From assembly GCA_964016885.1 (NCBI GenBank), contig OZ024746.1, positions 3,534,001 through 3,598,000 on the forward strand: a DNA stretch of 64,000 bases, read 5' to 3'. This document shows positions 1 through 13,702 of the stretch, piece by piece. Below the pieces are notes generated by a model. It did no database searches. It was not told the DNA's origin and saw nothing but the letters and a program-made list of their open reading frames with translations. This DNA comes from Eledone cirrhosa. Taxonomy: Eukaryota. The first letter of the stretch is position 1. Each line of letters starts with the position of its first letter. The position numbers were made by a program, and so were the translations under genes.

Positions 1-1022
1 ATTCTATGAGGTCTTCTATGCTGTTCTATGAGGTCTTCTATGCTATTCTATGAGGTCTTCTATGCTGTTCTATGAGGTCTTCTATGCTGTTCTATGAGGT
101 CTTCTATGCTATTCTATGAGGTCTTCTATGCTGTTCTATGAGGTCTTCTATGCTGTTCTATGAGGTCTTCTATGCTATTCTATGAGGTCTTCTATGCTGT
201 TCTATGAGGTCTTCTATGCTGTTCTATGAGGTCTTCTATGCTATTCTATGAGGTCTTCTATGCTGTTCTATGAGGTCTTCTATGCTATTCTATGAGGTCT
301 TCTATGCTGTTCTATGAGGTCTTCTATGCTGTTCTATGAGGTCTTCTATGCTATTCTATGAGGTCTTCTATGCTGTTCTATGAGGTCTTCTATGCTGTTC
401 TATGAGGTCTTCTATGCTGTTCTATGAGGTCTTCTATGCTGTTCTATGAGGTCTTCTATGCTGTTCTATGAGGTCTTCTATGCTATTCTATGAGGTCTTC
501 TATGCTGTTCTATGAGGTCTTCTATGCTGTTCTATGAGGTCTTCTATGCTATTCTATGAGGTCTTCTATGCTGTTCTATGAGGTCTTCTATGCTGTTCTA
601 TGAGGTCTTCTATGCTATTCTATGAGGTCTTCTATGCTGTTCTATGAGGTCTTCTATGCTGTTCTATGAGGTCTTCTATGCTATTCTATGAGGTCTTCTA
701 TGCTGTTCTATGAGGTCTTCTATGCTATTCTATGAGGTCTTCTATGCTGTTCTATGAGGTCTTCTATGCTATTCTATGAGGTCTTCTATGCTATTCTATG
801 AGGTCTTCTATGCTGTTCTATGAGGTCTTCTATGCTATTCTATGAGGTCTTCTATGCTATTCTATGAGGTCTTCTATGCTATTCTATGAGGTCTTCTATG
901 CTGTTCTATGAGGTCTTCTATGCTATTCTATGAGGTCTTCTATGCTATTCTATGAGGTCTTCTATGCTATTCTATGAGGTCTTCTATGCTGTTCTATGAG
1001 GTCTTCTATGCTATTCTATGAG
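1..1022. repeat. 22-bp tandem satellite (A/G)TTCTATGAGGTCTTCTATGCT, ~46 copies, truncated by the window start
   Basis: Exact 22-nt period (a unit restarts at 661 = 30x22+1); only the first base varies (A/G). Confidence 0.97.
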
Positions 1023-1430
1023 GCCTTTTGAAAGAATAAAAATTTCCCAACAAATTTTCAATTTTTATTAATATGTTTTTGTCTATCTCTTATGATTTTA
1101 ATTGAAACCAGTTATTGCTGCCAATCTATATTCTCCTAACCAATATCAAGACATCTTTGTGATCACATCTAGCAGATGTCCCTCTAGAAGTCCAGTTGAA
1201 ACTTCGGACGTCCATGTTGCAACCAAATATCAAAATACTTTCTTACAACAGTCACAACAAAGTCATTAAAAGGTAGTTAGCTTTAAAATTAAATTGTTTC
1301 ATTTTTTTATAGATAATTACTACATAGTAATTAGATCTTTACAAAATAATGTAGATTTTAATAATATATAATTATGGTTTCTTGAATGTGGCCTCATTAT
1401 ATTACAAGTGACTTAATGTGGCCTTTCAAC
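1023..1430 (+). mobile_element. Remnant of the hAT (Charlie-like) MITE family, continuous with the satellite
   Basis: Colinear similarity to the intact copy at 56799-57247 (GGCCTTTTGAAAGAATAAA ... CAGTCACAACAAAGTCATT ... CTTAATGTGGCCTTTCAA); right TIR missing. Confidence 0.85.
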
Positions 1431-1691
1431 ATGCACACACACACGCACACATATTCTGACTATTTAAAGATAGATGTCAGGGCTATTTAAGAATTAAGAG
1501 TCTTGTTTAAGATCACTAGATAAAGGTTAAGAAACGTTTAGTCAGTCCGTGGAAATCAAGCATCATATATTAAACGCTTTTCTTTGTATTTACAAGGAGA
1601 AGCAAAACATGTCACAATTTTAGAAAAGTCAGAGTTCACTGGACTACTCTTAACATTTCGTCACTATCGCATGAAATGCCTTGAGATATGT

Positions 1692-2086
1692 ACTCTTGGG
1701 TCTCCAATAATCACCCCACCCCTCGCTTATTAAGTTTTCAGATTATTTCCGCTCCCCTGCTCATATTCCATCCCACCTGCTTATTAAATTTTTCTATTCT
1801 ATCTTCGGCGAAATTTTATTTTAAGTAGTAGAATATACTTTATACATTAAAAAACATTATACACGACAAAAAAAAAGACATTACTAGAAATCCCATGTTA
1901 TAAAATAAATAGGATAGGTTGGGGTCTCAATATGTAAACTAAAACGACTAATTCTGGTTTTTAAAAAATCTATGGGGACAACCTAGAAAAATTACCGACC
2001 CTCCCCCCACTTATCCCCCCACTCATTCCCCCTCCTCGCTTATTCCACCCCCGCTTATCCCCTCACCCCATTATTTGGGACCCGAG
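1692..2086. mobile_element. Possible degenerate MITE
   Basis: Imperfect terminal inverted repeats ACTCTTGGGTCTCCAATAA ... TTATTTGGGACCCGAG, with subterminal CCCC(T)CGCTTAT repeats; no clear TSD. Confidence 0.35.
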
Positions 2087-2384
2087 TCTAGCTAAAATAA
2101 TGTAAATAGTTTATCAGTTACAATTCACTTTTAAACAAATGTTTGACAACATATCCCAAACATTAAATAGACAAATTCTTTAGCTGGAATTCATAACTAA
2201 CTCTTTGTCCAAATACATTATATTTACACCCTCTCCTAAACATACTCGAAACTCACTCACATATTCCTTTCAAGTGGAATGAGCCTCTGTTGATATCAAC
2301 GATGAATGTTGGAGTTTTTCGATCAACGAGTTTCACCTCCTGGCTAAAACTATGTCAGTTTTACCAATATAATATTAAAGATTA

Positions 2385-2850
2385 GCGAAAAGAAGAATAT
2401 CTATGCAGAATTAATGAGGAATCTACAGATACCCCACCCTGATTACACCTTCAGATTTATACCTGTAATTATTGGAGCTCTGGGATGTATTAGTAACTTC
2501 CTCAGTACAAATCTTGAGAAGCTGGGCTTCACAGGAACAGAAAGAACACAACTAGTTAGGAAATTACAAGTACAATCCATTAATGGGACAATAAAAATAT
2601 GTAAAACATTCCAAAAATTCTGCATCTAATAACTGCATATACACTTGTACAGATACAAAGTATATGCACATGCACACATACAACTCAAAACATACACATC
2701 CACACATACAATAACATCCATATCTACACATGCATGTAGACATATCTACCTAGTTGATGTGTAAATTCCAATGAAAGAGTCTTGTCTCTATGTTAGAAAC
2801 CGACTCTCTCTCTATTGGTAAAACTTTGTGAAATTATAAAACCAGAAGAA
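2385..2850 (+). mobile_element. 3' fragment of a non-LTR retrotransposon with restriction-like endonuclease (R4/Dong-like) plus 3' UTR
   Basis: ORF 2414-2629 reads FIPVIIGALG...LQVQSINGTIKICKTF and is homologous to the C-terminus of the element at 6795-7385. Confidence 0.75.
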
Positions 2851-3283
2851 CATATATACACACATACATACATAGATATATACACACATACATACATACA
2901 TACATACATACATACATACATACATACATACACACATATATACATACACACATATATACATACACACATATATACATACACACATATATACATACACACA
3001 CATACACACACACATATATACATACATATATACACACACATACATACATTCTCAGAAAAGAGGATGGTTTCTGCCTGAATCCTCAGTACTCAACCCTTTC
3101 ACATAACGCAGTTTTTATGACGTAACTGTTTTCTGATATTGCAAACGATATTCGCTGTTTTGTTTTTAATTGCTCTCAAATTTTTGATCACATGACTGAT
3201 ACACATATACACATATACATACATGTTGACACATGTAGTCACATGTAGTCACATTTACTTTCACATCCGTTTTCTCCTTCCAA

Positions 3284-3372
<89 letters not shown>

Positions 3373-3483
3373 ACATACACACACACACACACACACACAT
3401 AAAACGCACACACAACACGCACACATACATATAGACGTTTTTGAAATATAAATGGTAAAAAGCCTGGCAATACGGATATATAT

Positions 3484-3535
<52 letters not shown>

Positions 3536-3668
3536 CAATGAGTTATTTAATTTATTGATTATTCAACAAATTTAATATATAACAGATTTAGAAGCACTCA
3601 ACAGATTTCTTCTGAAGTATAATATCAATAATATTAATAAATGGAAACTATCTTCATAAAATCGTATT

Positions 3669-3729
3669 TATTTTATTATATATATTTCAAGGGTACCAAC
3701 ATTTTGGTACGCTCTCATCAGATAAAATA
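3669..3729 (-). ncRNA. Minimal type I hammerhead ribozyme, family A (left arm)
   Basis: Exact reverse complement of the 3776-3836 motif. Confidence 0.7.
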
Positions 3730-3775
3730 CAAAAGTTGGTTTACAAATAGTGACATATCCAGACTAGAACTTTTG

Positions 3776-3836
3776 TATTTTATCTGATGAGAGCGTACCA
3801 AAATGTTGGTACCCTTGAAATATATATAATAAAATA
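3776..3836 (+). ncRNA. Minimal type I hammerhead ribozyme, family A (right arm)
   Basis: TATTTTAT-CTGATGA-[GAGCGTACCAA aatg TTGGTACCCTT]-GAAA-TATATA-TA/ATAAAATA: 8-bp stem I, stem II with one mismatch, palindromic stem III; predicted cut after 3828. Confidence 0.7.
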
Positions 3837-4053
3837 AATACGGTTTTATAAAGATAGCTTCCATTTATATATATATATATACGTATATATATGTGTGTAT
3901 GCGTGAGGGGGGGGGGGAAGAAGAGAGAAAGAGAGGGGTATGAGAAAGACTGTGAAATATATTCTTTTAGGTGTTTCTACATATTTTGAATTTCTGATGT
4001 TTCTGTTTCCGCAGAACAGAGAAGGAATTGTAAAGTTGTGACATAGAAGCCGC

Positions 4054-4369
4054 TACTCTCTCCAGCTGCAACCTGGTGCAGTCTGCGACTAAACCCAGGT
4101 TCTGCTGCACGTCCAGCTGAGGAGGCCAAACTCTCCAAATACCGGTCACTCTCCGACAGGTTTGCGGTTGTACCCTTGGCAGTGGAGTCTTCTGATGTCC
4201 TCGGTCCTAGGGCTACCTCCTACTCACCACCATAGGCGCTGAGTTGGCCACCCGCAGGTGTGAGTCTCGCGAGCTGGAATGGCTTTTCCAGCACATCTCC
4301 CTTCCCGTCCTCCGGGGGAACGCCTTCTCCATCCTGTCCGCCGGGGCTGTGGGGAGGCCACCAAAATGA
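4054..4369 (+). mobile_element. 3' fragment of a CRE-like non-LTR retrotransposon (REL endonuclease C-terminus), frameshifted
   Basis: Translates as AEEAKLSKYRSLSDRFAVVPLAVESSDVLGPRA...WLFQHISLPVLRGNAFSIL; a short near-identical piece lies at ~9764-9811. Confidence 0.7.
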
Positions 4370-4429
4370 TTGACCGACTTGTTATTTTATTAGTCAACTG
4401 TTGCTGTCGTTAGATAATTAACCCACTGA

Positions 4430-5283
4430 GATATATAAACTATATCTCACATTATTTTCTATATAGACTATATCCATAATACTTTATATATAGACTATAT
4501 CCATAATACTTTATATATAGACTATATCCATAATACTTTATATATAGACTATATCCATAATACTTTATATATAGACTATATCCATAATACTTTATATATA
4601 GACTATATCTCACATTATTTTCTATATAGACTATATCCATAATACTTTATATATAGACTATATCTCATAATACTTTATATATAGACTATATCTCATAATA
4701 CTTTATATATAGACTATATCTCATAATACTTTATATATAGACTATATCCATAATACTTTATATATAGACTATATCCATAATACTTTATATATAGACTATA
4801 TCCATAATACTTTATATATAGACTATATCCATAATACTTTATATATAGACTATATCCATAATACTTTATATATAGACTATATCTCATAATACTTTATATA
4901 TAGACTATATCTCATAATACTTTATATATAGACTATATCTCATAATACTTTATATATAGACTATATCCATAATACTTTATATATAGACTATATTCATAAT
5001 ACTTTATATATAGACTATATCCATAATACTTTATATATAGACTATATCCATAATACTTTATATATAGACTATATCTCATAATACTTTATATATAGACTAT
5101 ATCTCATAATACTTTATATATAGACTATATCCATAATATTTTATATATAGACTATATCCATAATACTTTATATATAGACTATATCCATAATACTTTATAT
5201 ATAGACTATATCTCATAATACTTTATATATAGACTATATCTCATAATACTTTATATATAGACTATATCCATAATATTTTATAT
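4430..5283. repeat. 27/28-bp AT-rich minisatellite ATATAGACTATATC(T)CATAATACTTTAT, ~31 copies
   Basis: Direct tandem periodicity. Confidence 0.95.
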
Positions 5284-5819
5284 ACAAGTCTCTCTGAAAC
5301 ATGTTACACTAAAGGTAAAACTGACATAGTTTTAAACAGGAGATGAAACTAGATTGACAACTCGATCAAAGCTTTGGAGTGGTCTCGTTTCTAAGCTTTG
5401 GGGTGGTATCATTTCTAAGCTTTGGGGTGGTATCGTTAAAGCGTCGGACGAAATGATTTGCGGCATTTGTTGCGGTTCTTTACGATCTGAGTTCAAATAC
5501 TACCGAGGTCAACTTTACTTTTACTGATCTTGGCATCAATTAAATAAAGTATTAGTTAAGAATTGGGGTAGATTTAGTGAACGCTACCCTTCCCCCAAAT
5601 CTACTGGTTAAGTTAATTAAATATACTGGTTAAGTTAGTTAAATTAAAGTCTATTTCGGCTCATCAGGCTTGCTCTGGTTTCCGTAAGGCGTCTAAGAAT
5701 ACAATACTTGCTCCTGGACAGGATGCCAGTCCATCGCAGAGTTAACATCTCCCCAGCTATTGCTGGTACTAATTTTGAGCTGAGTATACTAGAGCAATGT
5801 GAAATGAAGTGTTTTGCTC

Positions 5820-6105
5820 AATCACAGCTCCAGTACTATGGTCACGTGGTTAGAAAGTCTCAGGAAAGAATCGCTGGACAGAATTTACGAACAAAACCAA
5901 TAGGCAGGAGACCCAGGGGTAGACCCCAGGCAAGATGATTGGATAACATTCATGGGCTTGGCTGGTCTCGCCCGGGGATACAGCCGGATCAATTGGAGAT
6001 GGTTGCTTCTGACAGGACCCGCTGGAAGGAGGGTTTGAGGACTCTGCCTCTGTGGCCCTCCCAGGAATAAATGGGCGAAAGAAGAAGAAGAAGAAGAAGA
6101 AGAAG
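5820..6105 (+). mobile_element. RTE-clade LINE 3' end with (GAA)n tail
   Basis: SQLQYYGHVVRKSQERIA...GRRPRGRP...DRTRW; same family at 24885-25168, with shorter pieces at ~22046-22125 and ~32765-32934. Confidence 0.8.
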
Positions 6106-6794
6106 ATACCAATGTATGAAACAGCAATTTTTTTACTTCCGGAAGGGTTATTCAGTGTCGTTTCTCTGAATCAACATCAAGTTAGATGTTTTTAATTGAT
6201 ATCGGAAGACAGTCGCCCCCTCATTACTTCATGTAGAGACAACAACAACAACAACAACTTCACGGAGAGAGAGAAAACTATCATACTTCATGTAGAGACA
6301 ACAACAACATGTACAGACAACAACAACTACAACAACAACAACTATAATAATTTTGATGATGACGATGATGATGATGATGATAACGATGCTTACGTTGTCG
6401 ATGATAAGGGTGGTGACTAATAATTATGAGGGTGATGATGATATTGAAGATGGTGTTGGTGGTAGGAGGAGAATATATCGTTGTTTAGAAAATGTAATTA
6501 TATCTGTTAAATGTTGCCGTGTACACTAGTTGATATATACACATATATATAAAGATATTAACATATATACATATATACATAGTTGTAAAAACGAGAATGT
6601 TTTGTCCAAGTATATGTATGTATGTATATATATGTATGTTATGTATATATGTGTGTATATATGTATGTATGTATGTATATATGTATCTATGTATATATGT
6701 CCATATATGTTATCCCTTTCTCTTAATTTCGAGTATATTTTTCACTGCCACCTTCCTGGTGACAAGGTTGTAAAAGAAAAGAAATTGTCATCCC

Positions 6795-7385
6795 TTGAAT
6801 CGCAAGAATGTTTTGCAAATTTTGAAGGTGCCAGCTATCGCAGCCATTTGTAGACTATGAATTAGGGAGCTGCGCTCTTTGTCCGCAAATCCAAGTTCAG
6901 TCATACTTTGGCCCAAGCGGGTTGGTATATAACCCGTAGCTCCTATAATGATGGGTATGAAGCTTTAGGTGTATCTTGGATACTGGATTTGCAAACTCCT
7001 CATCAATGGTCCGTAGATGTCCTCCTTCTTCTGTATTTTTCTGACAACATTTACATCAAGTGGGCAGCTGATCTCCACAACAGAACACGTTTTCAATGTG
7101 TGGTCCCAAACAACAATATCAGGCCGGTTGTGCTTTAATTTGGTGGCAGTTTTTATTTTCAGGTTCCACCAGTATTCCTTAGTGCCATCTGTCTCAATAT
7201 ATTCTTCCTCGTTTGTTGTTAATTTTGTTTTCCGAAGTGCATTCCAGATGGTTCTAGCTATCCCATCGGGTCTCATGAGGAGGTAGTAGCAAGATGACAT
7301 TCTTTCGCAGCTGGCAACAATGTGGCTTACATCCTCGATCTTTGTTTTACATAGCCTACATTTATTGTCAGCTGATGGCCCTCAT
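6795..7385 (-). mobile_element. R4/Dong-like non-LTR retrotransposon C-terminal fragment (CCHC zinc knuckle + REL endonuclease), disrupted
   Basis: KCRLCKTKIEDVSHIVASC, then HNRPDIVVWD...VVEISCP...K-EDIY, IPIIIGATG and GTFKICKTF; contains stops and frameshifts. Confidence 0.85.
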
Positions 7386-7424
7386 GCATGTATATATGTA
7401 TGTATGTATATATGTTCGTATATA

Positions 7425-7970
7425 TGTTGGCGACTAAACTGGCAACCCCACGAAGGTTTCTTGGTGAGGAGGGTGACTTTGGACATCCTGCAGGACTAAA
7501 AACAAAACCTGTCAAAGGGCAAAGGAGTTCTTAAGCGTCAATGGCCATCCAAAATCACCGGGAGAGATGACCCCTTAGCCTTTGTCAAGGCAGAATTCTA
7601 GGAGAAGGAAAACTCTGATATAACAGCTGCAACCCTGATGGTATCCAATGATGTTGACATGTTCTTCTTTTTGATAAATATCATCTTGGTTAAGAGAGTG
7701 GGACTGGCTTTGTGCAGTGTCTTTGCTCACTATAAAAGCTTCACGGCACAGGCATTGCTTTATATCTGGAGATCTCTCTGCACTTGTCATCACATGGTAC
7801 CATGGGCCCTGCACTATGTGTCAATAATGGTCACAAGTGTAGTCTTTGTACCACAGTTTTCAAGTCGCTGGCTGGACTAAAAGTCACACTTGTTCAGCGC
7901 ATCGGAAGGGGTTCTCCTACATGGATATAAAGTAGTGGCCGTACTCGAAAACGAGTTGGCAGCCACCATA
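7425..7970 (+). mobile_element. Probable internally deleted LINE remnant ending in a degenerate C2H2-like finger
   Basis: GGAGAAGGAAAACTCTGA motif (typical of RTE-type 5' regions) and HKCSLCTTVFKSLAGLK at 7832-7882 followed by a frameshift. Confidence 0.35.
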
Positions 7971-8288
7971 TATATAAGCATGTATATATGTATGTATGTA
8001 TATATGTATATATGTCCGTATATATGTATGCATGCGTGTATGTATGTATGTATGTGTGTATGTATGTATTTGTGTGTGTGTGTATGTATGTCTGTATGTA
8101 TGTTTGTATATATGTATTTATGTATGTATATAGTTATTTATGTATGTACGTATAAGTGTGTTTGTACATGCACTTATTGCATGTGGATACACATAATAAT
8201 AAACACACCATATAAAACACACACACACACATACACACACACACACATACACACGCCACCCCTCCCAATCATACTACATGCCCCCCCC

Positions 8289-8344
<56 letters not shown>

Positions 8345-8504
8345 TCATTTGAGCAGTTAAGTGCTCAGCTCAGTATGACTTTTGTTAGAAAGTTGCTTGT
8401 ATCAACACAGAGAAAAGAATGGTGTGCATTCTTACGAGAGAGAGAGGGGGGGGTGGGGGGAATATATATATAGAGTGAGAGGGGGGGGGCAGAGAGACGA
8501 AGTG

Positions 8505-8715
8505 TTGGTGATGGTATTGGGGTATGTGTGAGGGGGACCAGATGGTATTGGGGTGTGTGAGGGGGGGGGGGAATGGTATTGGGGTGTGTGAGGTGGGGGG
8601 ACCAGATGGTATTGGGGTGTGGGGGTGAGAGGGGGGGACCAGATGGTATTGGGGTGTGTGGGTGGGGGGACCAGATGGTATTGGGTGTGGGAGGTGGGGA
8701 GGGGGACCAGATGGA
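8505..8715. repeat. G-rich ~30-35-bp minisatellite (GGGGACCAGATGGTATTGGGGTGTG), ~6 copies
   Basis: Tandem units with G-runs of variable length. Confidence 0.85.
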
Positions 8716-8816
8716 TTCGGTCGTCTAGACTTTCACAAGGAAGTCTATTAGTTAAAGGAGTAGGGAAGTCTGTTGTCTTCAGCTGAAATACTTGACTATA
8801 GAAATATAATCAGTAG

Positions 8817-9290
8817 AACAACAACAACAACAACAGCAGCATTAACAACAACATCACAACTGTCACCATTAACAACAACATCACAACTGTCACCATTAAC
8901 AACAACATCACAACTGTCACCATTAACAACATCACAACTGTCACCATTAACAACATCACAACTGTCACTACTAACAACGACATCACAATTGTCACCATTA
9001 ACAACAACATCACAACTGTTACCATTAACAACAACATCATAACTGTTACCATTAACAACAACATCACAACTGTTACCATTAACAACATCACAACTGTCAC
9101 TACTAACAACGACATCACAACTGTCACCATTAACAACAACATCACAACTGTTATAATTAACAACAACATCACAACTGTCACCATTAACAACAACATCACA
9201 ACTGTCACTACTAACAACGACATCACAACTGTCACCATTAACAACGACATCACAACTGTCACCTTTAACGACATCACAACTGTCACCACT
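8817..9290. repeat. 24/27-bp minisatellite ATTAACAAC(AAC)ATCACAACTGTCACC
   Basis: Tandem periodicity; explains the repetitive ORFs at 8773-9326. Confidence 0.95.
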
Positions 9291-9819
9291 AGCTAAAAGC
9301 AACCGTAATGTTATGAACCCCTGCAATGTCGCTCTTTATACTAGTAATAGCAACCAAACCGCTCTCCACTCATACCTCACGTCTTCGACCCCCCCCCCCC
9401 CCCCCCCAAAAAAAAATAAAGAAACAAACGACACACTGGATAATGTGTTCCTATTTAGAAAACAAAACTGAAGGGATGGTCACGGCGAGAATCCCTTTTG
9501 ATTATGTAGCTACTCAATCAAAACTAATCTGGGATTAAACAACAACACAAGGTATCATGAGAAGTAGTGCATTCTACCATAACCTTGGCTTGATCAAGGC
9601 CTTGTGAGTGAAATTTGGGGTAGAAACCTGTCAGAGTTGTTTTTAAGTGATAAACTTAATCCATTAGCGAGAATAATCTCACCACTATCTGACCGTTCGT
9701 TGCCTTTAACGGAGTTCACTGTTACAAACATTCGAGGCAGGTCTTTGATCTGAGAATAATTTCAAATACCGGTCGCTCTCCGACAGGTTTGCGGTTGTAC
9801 CCTTGGCAGTGAAGATTTC

Positions 9820-10000
9820 TGGATTGGCAGTGTCGGTAGAGAGTCGGGCGCCATACTTTGCAGCAAAGATTTACGGTCCTTTATGGTCTGACTTCAAATC
9901 CTGCCAAGGTTAACTTTGCCTTTCATCCTTACGGATAAAATAAAGTACCAGTAATACACTGGGATAATTGCTGGCCTTGTGTCAAAAGTAGAAACAATTA
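9820..10000 (+). mobile_element. tRNA-derived SINE family 1 (other + copies at ~5405-5610, 10620-10830, 14430-14520, 26590-26775, 29070-29340, 38060-38200, 44706-44770, 51240-51330, 55670-55780, 63236-63415)
   Basis: Pol III A-box-like TGGCAGTATCGG, B-box GAGTTCAAATCC, core GCCTTTCATCCTTACGGGGTCGATAAAATAAAGTACCAGT and tail GGCCTTGTGCCAAAAGTAGAAACAATTATT. Confidence 0.85.
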
Positions 10001-10456
10001 TTACGAAAATATGATTAAGACGAACCTTTCTGTAGTTGTTAGTCTTGATAGAAATAAAAATTGTTACTAAATCTATCATAAATGAGGGGCACATTGGATG
10101 ATGTACTCCTAGATACATCATGTCTGAAAAAGACAAAGAATAGACATATATTGTCACGGCTGAAGGACCTTTAACCAGGACTGAGCTGATGTGAAACAAC
10201 AACAACAACAATCTATTTACATGAACACACGAATGAATCAGATGATTCCCTTTCGTTTCTTCTGTTAATAATTCACAGCTTCCATATAACTAAAGTGTCG
10301 TGTGGAGTTCTCTACCTTAATTCAACATCTGACAATCTCAACTTATAAAAGCTGTGTTTTTCTAAGAGGATATCCAAAATATCAAATTTCATATAACCCT
10401 TGTAATGGGTGAGATAAATGTACGTTCTACAAGAGTGTTAGATATATTTTGGGATA

Positions 10457-10488
<32 letters not shown>

Positions 10489-11304
10489 CTTCTTCCTCTC
10501 TGTAATATGTAATTCACGTGATAGCCTGCTAGATGGAGATTACTTCCATCCACTGAACTAAATATTAATGCTGAACGTCGAAGCATTATCATTTCAAGCT
10601 GCTGAAATTATTATTAATAAGGGCGGTGGATTGGCAGAATCGGTAGAGCGTCGAACACCATGTTTCGCAACATAGAGTTACGTCTCTTTACGTTTTGAGT
10701 TCAAATCCTGCCGAGGTTAACTTTGCCTTTCATCCTCGATAAAATAAAGTACCAGTAATACACTGGGGTTGATTCAATCGACTATATTTTACACCAAAAT
10801 GTGTAACCTGGTACCAATGGTGGAACCAAAAGACTGAAACACCAGGGTGACATATTATATGTTGTATCTCTTAGTTACGTCTTTTTACATTCCAAGTTCA
10901 AATCTAGCTTGGATCGATTTTAACTTGGGTAGATCAAATTAAATTTATTTGTAATTCGAAAAAGAAAATGTAGTCTTTATATATGGGGGCACCATGATAT
11001 TTTAAGTGCTTAGGGCCTCAAAAGGACTTAATCTGGTTCTGGGGCTTTCGGATCTAGTACTAACACCTTTTATAACACCACTAGTTTCAGAGTAGCTTTA
11101 GTTTGATATAAAGGAAGAGGTAGACTGTAGGGATGTTTTCTGACATCTTTAAATTGTTAAGAGAAGAAAATATAACCAAAAGTTTTGTTACTAGTAAAAC
11201 ACTTCTAGTTTTTCACGAAATGAAATTACATTAATTAATAAAATCCGGTCTTCTGATGCCAACATATGGACATATTAATGAGAGAGGAAGAGAGTAAGAA
11301 AGTA

Positions 11305-11384
<80 letters not shown>

Positions 11385-11962
11385 TGGTCACGAAAAAACA
11401 AAAAAATAAAAATAAAGCAAAACAAAATAAGCAGAGAAGAGAAAAAAAGTGATATTTAAAAAAATGTGAAGTCGCCAGACGCACATCGCAGGTACTTAGA
11501 ATTTCTTTTTCACAACACACTTTAAAATGTAGAGTATTAGAAAATATAATAAAATAACAACAACAAAAACAACAACATAACCAATTGATACTGACTGTTA
11601 TAGACATTAATACTGGCTGTTAGAAGCTTTGAGAGGAGACCCTGAATAATAACTATGTGGTTGATGTCGAAGTGGTCAGAACGAACTTAAGCTATGAGTC
11701 AACAAAGAATGTTGTATGAACTCATTTGTTTTAAACCAAAACATTATACATATTGCAAACTAACACTATTTATTATGTCGAACAACCTTTTGTGACCATT
11801 ATTTAGAGAGGATAAAAAGAAGAGAAATAAAAATAGGAAAGTATTTTAAAATAAATAGACTGAATACTGTTCTATGATAGTTTATTTATACGAAACTAAT
11901 TCTCATGTCAAATAAACCACTCCACATCGGAGTATTTAATTTAACACAAACATTCACAGGTT

Positions 11963-12034
<72 letters not shown>

Positions 12035-12051
12035 GCACATATATATACATA

Positions 12052-12091
<40 letters not shown>

Positions 12092-12195
12092 ACACATATA
12101 TATATATATATATACATACTTACACACATACACACACAGACACATATATATATATATACATACTTACATACACACACACATATATATATATACTT

Positions 12196-12228
<33 letters not shown>

Positions 12229-12635
12229 CATACTTACATACATACACATGCACACACACACACACACATATATATTATAAAGTGAAAGGACAGGAGGCCA
12301 AATATCTTGAATTTCCTTAATTTTTTAATCCTGCCAACAGTATGCACATTTCAGTGGGCATGTTGCATAAGGACCTGGTGACATCGTCAGGTGTACATTG
12401 TGTAATAGATGTATACCAACGGAATGATGGTAAACTTTAAGGAAACAAGCAAAGAAAAGGCGGAGAGGATAACACGTTTACGTTTTTGACCCAGAGACGG
12501 AGGAAGTAGCATGCTGCCACCTTGCTGTCCATCTCAGAGACGGTGGAGCAGGATGGCAACATGCTACTTAGATATTATATATATATAGATGAGATTCTAC
12601 AGGACTAGAACTGTTTCATTCTTTAGAAATCATCA

Positions 12636-12688
12636 GAGATTCCTGATGATTTCTAAAGAATGAAACAGTTCTAGTCCTGTAGAATCTC
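12636..12688 (+). ncRNA. Minimal type I hammerhead ribozyme, family B, within the perfect inverted repeat 12583-12696 (54-bp arms, 6-nt spacer)
   Basis: GAGATTC-CTGATGA-[TTTCT aa AGAAT]-GAAA-CAG ttctagtc CTG-TA/GAATCTC; 7-bp stem I; predicted cut after 12681. Confidence 0.72.
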
Positions 12689-12766
12689 ATCTATATTAAA
12701 AATTTTATACTCTGCAATGTATTGAGTACCTTACTTACTGTGGTTACTTCCGATTCAACCCGGAAT

Positions 12767-12812
<46 letters not shown>

Positions 12813-13115
12813 TAGCGTGGATGTTGTATGTTATATGTGATGTATATCGTATGCTATACGATATACATTATGTTTTGCATTCGGTCTCCACGTGATGGTC
12901 CAGGTCAGTCTAAAATCTTTTCCTGAGTCCAGTCTTTTTCGTTGCTATGGCAATGCGGCTGGACTGCCGATCGCTATATTTGATTTGCAAAGCTGTCTAA
13001 ACGTATTGTTATTACTCTGGGCTATTATTCTCCATCGAGTGCTAAAGCTACATTCCGAATTTGCATTCGTTAGCTTAGCCGCAGCCTAAAGCTTCGTTAA
13101 TGCTGTACTAAAATT

Positions 13116-13157
<42 letters not shown>

Positions 13158-13517
13158 TTATTTTCTTTTGGTCGTTTTGGAAGCCTCAACAATGCAGATG
13201 GGCATTGTCGAGGCTTCCAAAACGACCAAAAGAAAATAAATCTTATTATTCCACAAGGCTTAGAGCAAACTTCAATATTCTCTTATATATATATAAGGCC
13301 TTTTGCCCATACGGGTTTGTGAGTATTGATTTATTATTTTTTAGATCGTACAGGCAAACTATATGTATTTGAATTAAGATATTTCATTCTAACGATTTTA
13401 TTAGTCAATTGCAACTAAAACATGTAAATGTTTATCATATATTAATTTATACTGCTCAGAAGCGATTCTTAGAGCTGAAATAATTGTAAATGACCCCATT
13501 GAGTGTAAACTCTAAGT

Positions 13518-13594
<77 letters not shown>

Positions 13595-13636
13595 CAATAT
13601 ATTAATAAATGGAAACTACATTTATAAAACGATATT

Positions 13637-13702
13637 TATTTTATTATACATATTTCAAGGGCAACCAAGGCAAATTATGGTGCGCTTTCATCAGATAAAA
13701 TA
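13637..13702 (-). ncRNA. Minimal type I hammerhead ribozyme, family A (diverged copy)
   Basis: Minus strand: TATTTTAT-CTGATGA-[AAGCGCACCA...TGGTTGCCCTT]-GAAA-TATGTA-TA/ATAAAATA. Confidence 0.62.

Larger units (their letters stand above)
3637..3868. repeat. Fold-back inverted repeat (~101-bp arms, 30-nt loop) of a PLE-type terminal sequence between (TA)n tracts
   Basis: 3637-3737 is the near-perfect reverse complement of 3768-3868; the same family recurs at 13596-13890 and 48830-49007. Confidence 0.9.

Noticed and set aside
5650-5675. CTGATGA-GCC-GAAA on the minus strand as a hammerhead
   Set aside because: Stem II is only 3 nt and there is no stem I or III pairing.
9683-9749. AG...GTGAG-bounded segment as candidate exon 6
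   Set aside because: The required phase-1 frame hits TAA; the only open frame is incompatible.
12336-12397. Minus-strand CTGACGA...GAAA-TGTGCA-TA
   Set aside because: Stem II does not pair convincingly and stem I has a mismatch at the cleavage site; at best a decayed copy.
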